Shown here: positions 52,509 through 61,941 of the stretch, one piece after another
Layout of the letters: every line of letters starts with the position of its first letter
How positions within the stretch are numbered: position 1 is the first letter of the stretch
Assembly: GCA_965116875.1 (NCBI GenBank)
Contig: OZ220733.1
Coordinates: 1,824,001-1,888,000, forward strand
Source of the DNA: Candidatus Latescibacterota bacterium
GTDB taxonomy: Bacteria; Latescibacterota; UBA2968; GCA-2709665
DNA length: 64,000 nucleotides
Direction: 5' to 3'
The notes under the pieces: model-generated
Database searches by the model: none
What the model was told of the DNA's origin: nothing
What the model saw: only the letters and a program-made list of their open reading frames with translations
Program-made: the position numbers and the translations under genes

Positions 52509-55500
52509 AAGTATTGGCTGATCGCGTGCAGATAAGCCGCCGCTTCCGAAGGTCAATTCGAATCGACACAGACCTTTCCGACCCTACGGCTCTCACGGGT
52601 TTCATCTGTCCGCGGTCCTCCGCTCTCGTACTCGAGACGATGGCACAGCACGTCCAGAAAACCGGACAGGCCGCATTTACTTGGACGGGACCTTATGGCT
52701 CTGGCAAGTCGAGCCTCGTGGTAGCGCTCAGCGCGGTGCTGAATGGTGATGCCGATCTCAGAAACTCGACTGCCCGGATGCTAGGTTTTCAAACAGCCGA
52801 GGCTCTCTGGGCTTCTTTGCCTCCCCAAGCCAAGGGTTGGCGGATCCTGCCCGTCGTGGGAAGGCGCGATCGACCCGCCCAAGTGGTCGGTGAGGCGATT
52901 GAGCGTGCTCGTTTTGTTCGAAATGGCACAACTGGCCAGTGGAGCGACGAGGCCGTCTATGACGTCCTGTTAAGGGTCGCACGAAGGAATCCACGCACGT
53001 ATGGCGGCCTTGTTGTCTTCTTGGACGAAATGGGAAAATTGCTGGAAGGCGCCGCGTACGAGGACACGGACATCTTCTTTTTCCAGCAATTGGCGGAGAT
53101 TGCCTCGCGAAGCAACAATCGGCTGATTGTCGTCGGGATTCTGCACCAGGCGTTTGAAGAGTACGCTAACCGGCTCTCACGTGAGGTGCGGGATGAGTGG
53201 TCAAAGGTTCAAGGTCGATTCATAGACCTGCCGATCAATGTAGGACCTGACGAGCAGCTCGAGCTCTTGGGACGGGCGATAGAGAGCGATCAAGTGCCTC
53301 GAGAGGATACGCCACTCTTCAAGGAGGTCGCCGCACTCGGCCATCACTCGCAAACGTCTGAAGTGTTGCGAAGATGTTGGCCGTTGCACCCAATCGTGGC
53401 TTGTTTGCTCGGACCCATCTCACGGCGGAGTTTCGGCCAGAATCAGCGCAGCATCTTTGGTTTTTTAAACTCCACAGAACCTTTCGGATTCCAGGACTTC
53501 CTGAGAACCGCCACTGAGCGCGATCTGTATATGCCGGAGCTGCTTTGGGACTACCTTCGGGCGAACCTGGAACCTTCCATTATGGCTTCTTCGGACGGTC
53601 ACCGATGGGCGATGGCAGTTGACGCCCTGGAGCGAAGTCACGGGTCAGGCGGCGATGAGCTTGAGTTGCGATTGCTCAAGACGATCGGCCTGGTCGATCT
53701 GTTCCGAGAACGATCGGGCCTCGTGCCGAGTCTGGAACTTTTGATTCTAGCCCTTCGTGATCAAAGTGCTACAGCCATTCAGATGGCGCTGAGCAAACTG
53801 AAGGACTCCTCGCTGGTGATCCACCGGAAATTCAGCAATGGATACAGCATCTTCGAGGGAAGCGACTTTGATATCCGGCGGGCCGTAGATGAGGCGTTTG
53901 GAGAGATTGACCGGATTGACCATATCCGCCTTTCGGATCTCGCTGGGCTTCAGCCCGTGATTGCCAAGCGTCATTACCACGAAACCGGTGCGATCCGATG
54001 GTTCGACACAACTGTCGTTCCGTTGCGTGACCTTGAGGACGTCGCGGGCGCACGTGATATAAGTAACGGCGCAATGGGATCGTTCTTTCTCGCGCTACCC
54101 ACACCGGGCGATTCTCCCGAAACCGTCGAACGGATTGCGGAACGTACGGTTAGAGGAGCAGAGGACGGCGATGTTATTGTGGGCATCCCCAGGCGATCGA
54201 CGTGGACAATTACGACTCTTGCGCGAGAGTTGCTTGCACTCGAGCATGTTCGGGACAATACGCCGGAGCTTCGGGGGGACCGTGTTGGGCGGCGCGAAGT
54301 TGAGGACAGCATTGCGGACCTGCAGAGCAAAATCGAAGTTGAACTGGACCGAGCTATCGAGAATGCCCAATGGCAGGGAAAGGAACTTCGGTCAAAGTGG
54401 CTCGATCATGCCGAAATAAACAGTCTCGTTTCAGATTTTGCGGACGAAAGATTCAAAAAGGCACCTAAACTCAACAATGAGCTATTAAACCGAATCAGAC
54501 CCTCCAGTAACGCAATCGCTGCGCAAAATGCCTTGCTTCGACGGATGGCGCTATATGAAGGCAAGCCGCGGTTGGGTATCGAGGATTTTCCCGCGGAAGG
54601 CGGCTTGTTCGCCTCTCTTCTTAAGGCAAGCGGATTATACCAGAATACGCCAGATGGGTTGCGTTTTGTACCGCCTGAACTTGGAGATGACCCATGCAAC
54701 CTCGTCCCCGCTTGGGAGGCTGCGAAAGAGTTCCTGGAAGCCAAATCCCACAGATCAGTGTCGATTGCGGAGATCTACGATCTTTGGCGACGAGCTCCGT
54801 TCGGCATAAAGGACGGATTGTTGCCTATTTTAGCCCTGGCATTTACACTCTCAAAACGCGACGTGCTCGCATTCTATAGGCAGGGGATCTTCCAAGCATT
54901 TTTTTCGGATTTGGACGCGGAGGTTTTGGCTAAAAACCCGACTGATATCCAGGTGAGATGGATGGACTTATCAGCGGTGTCGCGCCGGCTGCTGGCAGAT
55001 ATGGCAGATATCGTGCGCGATCTGGATTCAGCGAACACCTTGCCGAACCTGGAACCGATTGACGTCGCAAGAGGGCTCGTGGCGATCTACGATCGGCTGG
55101 CACCGTGGGTCGGTCGGACGCAGCGTCTGTCGTCTAACGCCAAGCGTATTCGACAGCTTCTGAAGCAGGCCAACGACCCAAATCGACTGATCTTTGACGA
55201 TTTGCCACAGGTACTAGATGATTCTTCAGTCATACTCGCAGAGATCGACACAGACGAGATTGCTAACCGAATTCGAGCAGGCTTGACGGAGTTATGTCAG
55301 GCCTTTCCCACAATGCTGAATCGGATACGCGAAATGTTGCTTGCGGAGTTGCAAGTGCCAAACGCTTCCACGTCGATGCTGGCCGAGTTGCGTGCGCGTT
55401 CGGCCAACATACGCGACCTCGGCGGGGATCATCGCCTCGAGGCATTTGTCGTTCGCGTAGCGCAGTTTGAAGGCAGTGAAGAGGACGTGGAAGGTTTGGC

Positions 55501-55882
55501 TGGGATGGCTGTCAACAAACCACCTCGAGATTGGGTCGATGCGGACATCGATCGGGCGTCGATCGAGCTTGCTGCTCTAGCCCAACGGTTCATACGTGCG
55601 GAAGCGTTCGCTCGCGTGAAGGGCCGGAAGGACAAGAGACACGCAATGGCAGTCGTTGTCGGTATGGAAGGGCAGCCGAATCTGGTGCATAACGAGTTCG
55701 AGATTACCGACCAGGATCAATCCGCTGTAAGAGAGTTGATTGAACGTCTAGACGGAACATTGAGAGGCAACGGCCAGGAAAGACACAACGTAATTCTCGC
55801 CGCTTTGGCCGAGTTAAGTGCTCGATATCTGGATTCCGGAAACTCCGCGAAACCGGGCGAGGGCAGGAGGTCCAATACGTGA
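52505..55882 (+). CDS. Large P-loop ATPase (SspC-like)
   Basis: FRRSIRIDTDL, Walker A GPYGSGKS, Walker B VFLDEMGK, WSKVQGRF, QNQRSIFGFL, PFGIKDG; GTGA overlap with the upstream stop. Confidence 0.85.
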   Translation: MKVLADRVQISRRFRRSIRIDTDLSDPTALTGFICPRSSALVLETMAQHVQKTGQAAFTWTGPYGSGKSSLVVALSAVLNGDADLRNSTARMLGFQTAEALWASLPPQAKGWRILPVVGRRDRPAQVVGEAIERARFVRNGTTGQWSDEAVYDVLLRVARRNPRTYGGLVVFLDEMGKLLEGAAYEDTDIFFFQQLAEIASRSNNRLIVVGILHQAFEEYANRLSREVRDEWSKVQGRFIDLPINVGPDEQLELLGRAIESDQVPREDTPLFKEVAALGHHSQTSEVLRRCWPLHPIVACLLGPISRRSFGQNQRSIFGFLNSTEPFGFQDFLRTATERDLYMPELLWDYLRANLEPSIMASSDGHRWAMAVDALERSHGSGGDELELRLLKTIGLVDLFRERSGLVPSLELLILALRDQSATAIQMALSKLKDSSLVIHRKFSNGYSIFEGSDFDIRRAVDEAFGEIDRIDHIRLSDLAGLQPVIAKRHYHETGAIRWFDTTVVPLRDLEDVAGARDISNGAMGSFFLALPTPGDSPETVERIAERTVRGAEDGDVIVGIPRRSTWTITTLARELLALEHVRDNTPELRGDRVGRREVEDSIADLQSKIEVELDRAIENAQWQGKELRSKWLDHAEINSLVSDFADERFKKAPKLNNELLNRIRPSSNAIAAQNALLRRMALYEGKPRLGIEDFPAEGGLFASLLKASGLYQNTPDGLRFVPPELGDDPCNLVPAWEAAKEFLEAKSHRSVSIAEIYDLWRRAPFGIKDGLLPILALAFTLSKRDVLAFYRQGIFQAFFSDLDAEVLAKNPTDIQVRWMDLSAVSRRLLADMADIVRDLDSANTLPNLEPIDVARGLVAIYDRLAPWVGRTQRLSSNAKRIRQLLKQANDPNRLIFDDLPQVLDDSSVILAEIDTDEIANRIRAGLTELCQAFPTMLNRIREMLLAELQVPNASTSMLAELRARSANIRDLGGDHRLEAFVVRVAQFEGSEEDVEGLAGMAVNKPPRDWVDADIDRASIELAALAQRFIRAEAFARVKGRKDKRHAMAVVVGMEGQPNLVHNEFEITDQDQSAVRELIERLDGTLRGNGQERHNVILAALAELSARYLDSGNSAKPGEGRRSNT

Positions 55883-56721
55883 ATGACGGCAATAGGGAAA
55901 TGCACGTTTTGGGATTGTCAGGTGGCCGCGATAGTGCGGCACTCGCGGTCTACATGCGACAAAACCATCCGGAACTTGACATTCACTACTTCTTTACCGA
56001 TACTGGCAAAGAATTGCCGGAAGTTTACGAGTTTCTGGTCAAGTTAGAAGGATTTCTGGGCAAGCCGATCGAGCGGCTGAATCCGGACCGCGATTTCGAC
56101 TTCTGGCTAAAGCAATACAACAACTATCTACCGTCGGCCCAAAGCCGTTGGTGCACGCGGCAACTCAAGCTGCGGCCTTTCGAGCGGTGGATCCGCCCAA
56201 TTATGGATAGTGGCGTAACGGTGTATAGCTACGTTGCCATCCGTGCGGACGAGGAATACCGGGAAGGCTACACCTCGAAGCGCGATAGCCTTGTGGTAAA
56301 GCTCCCGCTAAAGGATGACGGGATTGACAAGGCCGGTGTGTTGGAGATTCTGGAGGGTGCGGGACTGGGATTGCCGCAATATTACGAATGGCGGACCCGC
56401 AGTGGATGCACGTTTTGTTTTTTCCAACAAAAGATCGAATGGGTGCGATTGATGGAGCGACACCCGGAGTACTTCGAGGAAGCCAAACGCTACGAAAAGA
56501 ACGCCATCGATCACGGCTCTCCCTTCACCTGGAGTCAGGGAGAATCACTCAACGATCTCGCGAAACCCGAGCGCATTGCGCAAATTGAGGATGAACATAC
56601 TAGGCGGCTGAAGAGGATGCGCAACAAACTTCAGGTCAACCCACTTCGTCCGGATGCAGAACCAATCGACATAGATGACCTTTATGGTAAGGCAAAGGTC
56701 TGTCTGGCATGTCACAAATGA
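55879..56721 (+). CDS. PAPS-reductase-family protein (SspD-like)
   Basis: PP-loop LSGGRDS, DTGKE, RWCTRQLK, RSGCTFC, terminal CLAC; GTGA overlap. Confidence 0.9.
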   Translation: MNDGNREMHVLGLSGGRDSAALAVYMRQNHPELDIHYFFTDTGKELPEVYEFLVKLEGFLGKPIERLNPDRDFDFWLKQYNNYLPSAQSRWCTRQLKLRPFERWIRPIMDSGVTVYSYVAIRADEEYREGYTSKRDSLVVKLPLKDDGIDKAGVLEILEGAGLGLPQYYEWRTRSGCTFCFFQQKIEWVRLMERHPEYFEEAKRYEKNAIDHGSPFTWSQGESLNDLAKPERIAQIEDEHTRRLKRMRNKLQVNPLRPDAEPIDIDDLYGKAKVCLACHK

Positions 56722-56883
56722 AAGTAACGACAGAAGACGCGTACGAGTTCTTGGGGTATGTTATTTGGTCGCCCAACCCGCGATGCTAGAGTTGCGAAGA
56801 AAGCAACACACTTCTGATAAGCGAGAAACTCCGAGCGACTGTGGGTCAAGTTGTTGATTATCAAACTTGCGGACAACTCAAAG

Positions 56884-58497
56884 ATGGCAAACACGACTTT
56901 TACAGGATTCGGCCTGACGGTTTCTCAGTTTTTCGACTCGCTTTCGGATCATGAACTGCGAAGGTTTCTGGATTCCGGTGTTTTGTCAGTCTTGGATGCA
57001 ATCTTCGACGGGCGGGTACAAGGCGAAGATCTGCGACGTATTGCTCAAACGCTTGTTGATCTAGAAGTACTCATAGGAGATTCGCGAGGAAGAAGGCTTG
57101 TCCTTCGATTGGTACCGGATGAGAAGAAACCAGAATTGGAAAGTTATGTCGAGCGCAACATCGTCCCAAACGACGCGGACAAATGGTCAGACGCTGAAGT
57201 GAGGCGAATGCGCGACTTTTTCGCATTAGATGAAGAGCGAGTCGTTCCCCCAGCCGTACCGCCAACCGAGCCAATTTCAGCCTGTTATGGATTATTTGAA
57301 CATCAGAGGAACGCCGTTCGAAGATTGAAACCGCTATTGACCGAGGATGAACGCCGTGCGGTTCTACACTTACCTACGGGAGTCGGCAAGACTCGCACGG
57401 CAATGCACATCGTGTGCGATATGTTTCGGACACATGAACCATCAGTCGTCGTTTGGTTGGCATCAGGAAGAGAACTGCTTGAGCAAGCAGTGTTCGCCTT
57501 TAAGGAGGCGTGGAAGCATCTCGGCAATAGACCGCTTCAGATTGGTACTATGTGGGGTGAACGGACGCCGGTTTTAGACAGCTTCTCGGATGGCTTTCTG
57601 GCCGTAGGCCTAGCGAAGGGCTGGACGTTGATTTCCCGTACTGATCCGGATTGGGCGTCACGACTGTCCCAGCGAGTTCGTCTCGTGGTCTTTGATGAAG
57701 CGCACCAGAGTATCGCTAGGACCCATCGGTGGATCACTGACGACCTTACTCTCGACTTCCGATGCGCACTGTTGGGGCTAACTGCCACACCTGGGAGAAC
57801 TTGGGCCGATATTGACACGGATGGCCAACTTGCCGATTTCTTTTGCCGCAATAAGGTCACGCTTGACGTTCCGGGAAGTAACCCAATCAAGTACCTCATA
57901 GAAAACGAATATCTCGCACAACCGATTTTCCGAACACTTCTTTCCGAACCAGGCATCAGTATCAACAATAAAGAGTTGACCCGGATTGCAGGATTGTTGG
58001 ATATCCCACTGGAGATCATATCCTCATTATCGATTACCAAACAGTATATTGCCGCTGTGCTTGGTGCGATTGTGCAACTGCTCCAGGCTGGCCACCGGCG
58101 CGTACTTGTTTTCGCCGCGACTGTCGATCAAGCGCAAATGCTTACCGCGATTCTGGTCGCACGCGACATCCGAAGTGAGGCTGTTACTGGCGTGACGCCC
58201 TTCCGTATACGGGATAGCGCCATCCGATCCTTCAGGGCAGATGACGACACACCAATGGTCTTGGTTAACTACGGAGTGTTGACCACTGGTTTTGACGCGC
58301 CCAAGGCGAGTGCAGCCGTAATTGCCCGCCCGACGAAGTCCTTAGTGCTTTATAGCCAGATGGTCGGACGTGTAATCCGTGGGCCGAAAGCGGGAGGAAC
58401 GAAGACCTGCGAAATCTTAACGGTCGTCGATCCTAGCCTTCCAGGATTCAGCGATGTGGCAAAGGCATTCCTTAATTGGGAGGATGTATGGCAGTGA
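56884..58497 (+). CDS. SF2 DEAH helicase (ResIII/RadD-like)
   Basis: LPTGVGKT, VFDEAH, LTATP, TTGFDAP, QMVGRVIR. Confidence 0.92.
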   Translation: MANTTFTGFGLTVSQFFDSLSDHELRRFLDSGVLSVLDAIFDGRVQGEDLRRIAQTLVDLEVLIGDSRGRRLVLRLVPDEKKPELESYVERNIVPNDADKWSDAEVRRMRDFFALDEERVVPPAVPPTEPISACYGLFEHQRNAVRRLKPLLTEDERRAVLHLPTGVGKTRTAMHIVCDMFRTHEPSVVVWLASGRELLEQAVFAFKEAWKHLGNRPLQIGTMWGERTPVLDSFSDGFLAVGLAKGWTLISRTDPDWASRLSQRVRLVVFDEAHQSIARTHRWITDDLTLDFRCALLGLTATPGRTWADIDTDGQLADFFCRNKVTLDVPGSNPIKYLIENEYLAQPIFRTLLSEPGISINNKELTRIAGLLDIPLEIISSLSITKQYIAAVLGAIVQLLQAGHRRVLVFAATVDQAQMLTAILVARDIRSEAVTGVTPFRIRDSAIRSFRADDDTPMVLVNYGVLTTGFDAPKASAAVIARPTKSLVLYSQMVGRVIRGPKAGGTKTCEILTVVDPSLPGFSDVAKAFLNWEDVWQ

Positions 58498-60425
58498 GTG
58501 AATCAGTCGAACAACTGGAATTTTCAATAGTCGATACGAGAATGACAGTCGAGGCAATGCGTGACAGCGGTTATAAATCAACGACTCATGCGCTTGCAGA
58601 GCTTATCGATAACTCCATTGAGAGTGGAGCTACCGCTATCGAACTATTCGGCGTGAGTCGGCGCGATAGCCGCACTGGAAGATTTACACTGAAGGAATTG
58701 GCTGTCCTCGACAACGGCGAGGGTATGGACAAAGACACGCTCCGGGGCAGCCTCCGTTACGGTCATGGGACTCGACAACAGAGAAATGGTATCGGCCGTT
58801 TCGGACTTGGTCTTCCGAATTCGTCAATGTCACAGTCAAGACGTGTAGACGTGTGGTCCTGGAAGTCCGGAGTGACAAACGCGTTGCACGTGCAACTCGC
58901 CATTGACGATGTGGAAGGCGGTGCCCGAGAGATCAGTGAACCCACGCTCCAACGCATCCCAGATGTCTACCGCGACGCAACCCGAATCGTTCTTGGCGAT
59001 TCCGGAACTCTGGTAAGATGGAGCGATCTCGATCGAGTCGAATGGAAGCAGGCGACAACGACTTTCAAGCACACAGAGACCCTGCTTGGACGCATGTATC
59101 GGCGATTCCTTGTAAATCCATCAGAGAGACTGCACCCCAAAGACTTGAGAACCGACGAAATCGGACAGAGGCGCACTATCACGTGTATTCCGATTCACGA
59201 GAAGGAAGGGTTGATCGAAATACAGCACGCCGACATCGTCGAAGTAAGGCCGAATGACCCTTTGTATCTGATGCCAAGCACCTCGTGCCCGGAGGACTAT
59301 GGCCCGGGGCGAATGTTCGTGGAACTTGACACAAGTCCTTTCTCGGTACCGGTGAAATTCAATGGCAGGGAATTTGAGATTCGTGTAAGAGCGAGCTACG
59401 CCCGTAACCATGTTCGTGACCCGCTTGCGCCTGACGCGACATGGCCAGAGGCGTGGAAAGGAAGGGACGCAGGTCATACGCCGTGGGGCAAGCACGCGGA
59501 TCAGAATATGGGAATCTCTCTGATTCGGGCCCACCGTGAAATACAGCTCGACGACTCTTGGGTCAGTGGCGACGATCCGAGAGAGCGCTGGTGGACAGTG
59601 GAGGTCGACTTCCCCACAGCTCTCGACGAGGTCTTTGGCGTCACAAACAACAAGCAGGGCTCGACGACGTTTCAGCGACTCGCACGTTATGACTGGAAGC
59701 GCGAGCAGCTCCCAGGCGAAGTGTCAGTCGGTGACGTTCGTCGCCGGATGGAAGCGGACGGCGATTCACGAGTGCATCTCCTGGATCTCCGTAGACAGAT
59801 CGAAAGGGCAATCACGCTGATGCGGAAACAGGTAAGGCAGACAAAGAAGGCTCGGAAGCGCCATAAATTGGATGAAGATCAGAAGGCTGATGCTAAGGCT
59901 ACGGCCGCAATAATTCGCCGCCTGCTAGAGGGTTATCAGGGAGAGTCTGATCGAGAAGGAAAGCTCGGTACCGAAGAGGAACAACAAGAGAAACAAATCA
60001 AATCTCTGATCGAAAAACATCGACATGACAAAGCCGATGCACTTCAAAGAGTAGCCGAAACAATCGAGGCCAAGAGCCGAGTTCGTTGGATTCAATCGGC
60101 GCAATCGAGCCCAGCATTCTTCGACGTCGAACCACTGCCCAACGTGATTCAAGTCGCGCTAAACACGAACCATCCTGTACACTCACACCTTTTTGACATC
60201 ATGAACCCCGATACAGACGATCTGACCGAGGATGAAGTTCGTGAGAGGCTCGCAAAAGCGTCAGCGGCATTCCGCATTCTCGTGTATTCTTGGGCTCGAT
60301 ATGAGGAGGAGCAGACTGAACGTGCGCGTCGTCAGGTGCGAGATGCGCGTCTGGAGTGGGGAAAGTACGCGGAGGAGTTTCTTGATGAAGACGATGGCTC
60401 AGTTGTCCCAACGGATCTGGTCTAG
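58488..60425 (+). CDS. GHKL (MORC/Hsp90-like) ATPase
   Basis: AMRDSGY, LAELIDNS, DNGEGM, GRFGLGL, GT; FGVTNNKQ; C-terminal helical region and LNTNHP; overlaps the helicase stop. Confidence 0.88.
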   Translation: MAVSESVEQLEFSIVDTRMTVEAMRDSGYKSTTHALAELIDNSIESGATAIELFGVSRRDSRTGRFTLKELAVLDNGEGMDKDTLRGSLRYGHGTRQQRNGIGRFGLGLPNSSMSQSRRVDVWSWKSGVTNALHVQLAIDDVEGGAREISEPTLQRIPDVYRDATRIVLGDSGTLVRWSDLDRVEWKQATTTFKHTETLLGRMYRRFLVNPSERLHPKDLRTDEIGQRRTITCIPIHEKEGLIEIQHADIVEVRPNDPLYLMPSTSCPEDYGPGRMFVELDTSPFSVPVKFNGREFEIRVRASYARNHVRDPLAPDATWPEAWKGRDAGHTPWGKHADQNMGISLIRAHREIQLDDSWVSGDDPRERWWTVEVDFPTALDEVFGVTNNKQGSTTFQRLARYDWKREQLPGEVSVGDVRRRMEADGDSRVHLLDLRRQIERAITLMRKQVRQTKKARKRHKLDEDQKADAKATAAIIRRLLEGYQGESDREGKLGTEEEQQEKQIKSLIEKHRHDKADALQRVAETIEAKSRVRWIQSAQSSPAFFDVEPLPNVIQVALNTNHPVHSHLFDIMNPDTDDLTEDEVRERLAKASAAFRILVYSWARYEEEQTERARRQVRDARLEWGKYAEEFLDEDDGSVVPTDLV

Positions 60426-60431
60426 CGCTAT

Positions 60432-61334
60432 ATGCCATTAGAAAATGAAACCCAAGGAGGTCGAATTCGTGATCTCTTCGAAAACGCGGTCCACTCGGTG
60501 TGGGTTATTGCGCCGTTCATCAAGGTCGATGCGCTGAAGTCGTTGCTTGAGGTTATTCCCGCAGGTATGCATCTTCGCTGTGTTACGCGTTGGCTACCTA
60601 AGGACGTGGCGGCGAGTGTATCTGATCCAGATATCTTGAGTCTACTTGATGAACGGGGAGATTTTACGCTTAGCCTCGTAGATAAGTTGCACGCAAAGCT
60701 GTACATCGCCGGCACACGTTGTCTGGCTGGTTCGGCAAATGTGACTCTTGCAGGGCTGGGAGAAGCAGACGAGAGCAATATTGAGGTCCTCGTAGAGACA
60801 ACAACTAATGATCCGGGAGTTTCTGCTACGCTTGACGAAATTTCTCTGGTTGAATACCCTGCAACGGCAGAACTTGCTCAGACGGTTCGTCGCATGGCGG
60901 AAATTGTATCCAGCTCAATATCATCTGCGGTTGACCTTGAAATCCCATGGTTTCCAATAAGCAGACGACCGGAAGATGCGTTTGATTTTTACAAGCGCCC
61001 GCCGGACGGTTCCTTAAAGGCTGTCGACCGCACTTTGCTTGCAGACTTGGCACACTCCAATCTCCAGCCGGGTCTAGACGAAAATGGATTCCGATCAGCG
61101 GTCCGTTCTCTGCTTACGGATATACCAATGTGTAAGGGATTGCTTGGGACTATGGAAGACAGGACGATTACTCGCGCCGACGCTCACGCTTTTCTGGTGG
61201 AATTTTCAGGAGAGGATATTTCGACCCAGGACCTATGGCTTGCATTCGTTAATTGGGTGGCACACTTCTTCCCAGACGAAGTCATGAAACAAGAAATATC
61301 TGAAATCGCTCTTCGGCGTGCTCAAGCAATATGA
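60432..61334 (+). CDS. PLD-superfamily protein (putative nuclease) with uncharacterised C-terminal domain
   Basis: IAPFI, LHAKLY, GSANVT..GL...NIE. Confidence 0.85.
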   Translation: MPLENETQGGRIRDLFENAVHSVWVIAPFIKVDALKSLLEVIPAGMHLRCVTRWLPKDVAASVSDPDILSLLDERGDFTLSLVDKLHAKLYIAGTRCLAGSANVTLAGLGEADESNIEVLVETTTNDPGVSATLDEISLVEYPATAELAQTVRRMAEIVSSSISSAVDLEIPWFPISRRPEDAFDFYKRPPDGSLKAVDRTLLADLAHSNLQPGLDENGFRSAVRSLLTDIPMCKGLLGTMEDRTITRADAHAFLVEFSGEDISTQDLWLAFVNWVAHFFPDEVMKQEISEIALRRAQAI

Positions 61335-61941
61335 GTTGAGAGCTAGGCCAAGTTATGGCGCAGTCACGATTGCCCGTGCCCATATTGATTCATTGAATCT
61401 CCCCCAATCTCACCGAAATCGGTAAATGTGCCGAGGATTGTCTCAGTGGGAGATTTGATTACTACCATCATTCTTTGAACACGAACGTGATGCATCGCAT
61501 AACACAAACCCCCGAGAGAGTTATCTCCAGGTGCATTTTGTGTGCTTTCGGTAGATTGATGTGGCAGTCTATTCCCGCCGTGTCAAAACGAAGCACCGAG
61601 AAGGAAGTAGGGAACGGCGCCTCTTGGGTCGGAGAACCCATATCCGGCGCCGGCACGGAAGCGGAATGGCCTGTAAGGGAAACCGTATTCGTAGACGAAC
61701 TCGGTGCCTGCGGAAAGGAGGGTCTTAGGCGTCGCCTGCGGGGAGTTGTCCCACCCCCGGGCGTTGCCTGAATCGGTGAACAGCGTGAGAAAGACGCGGC
61801 CGAAGTGCAGCAGCGGAGTTCGGATGGCAGGGTTAACCCCCGCACGGGCCTATAAACGGAACTGCAGGGACGCGTACCAGACACGCCGACCCGATCACTC
61901 GGGGCTCTCGCAGCGCCTCACCAGGAAAATCAGCGACTCGG

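Noticed and set aside
50176-56721. Assignment as Dnd (dndABCDE), BREX type 4 or sulfate-assimilation cysH
   Set aside because: No DndB/D/E, PglZ or BrxL recognisable; the PAPS-reductase-family gene is translationally coupled to DUF4007 and the ATPase, which fits sspBCD.
56884-61334. Assignment as DISARM because of helicase + PLD
   Set aside because: No methyltransferase or DUF1998 protein is present, and a GHKL ATPase is not a DISARM component.
61335-61941. Short ORFs between the PLD and AlbA_2 genes
   Set aside because: Overlapping frames without a clear RBS or recognisable motifs.
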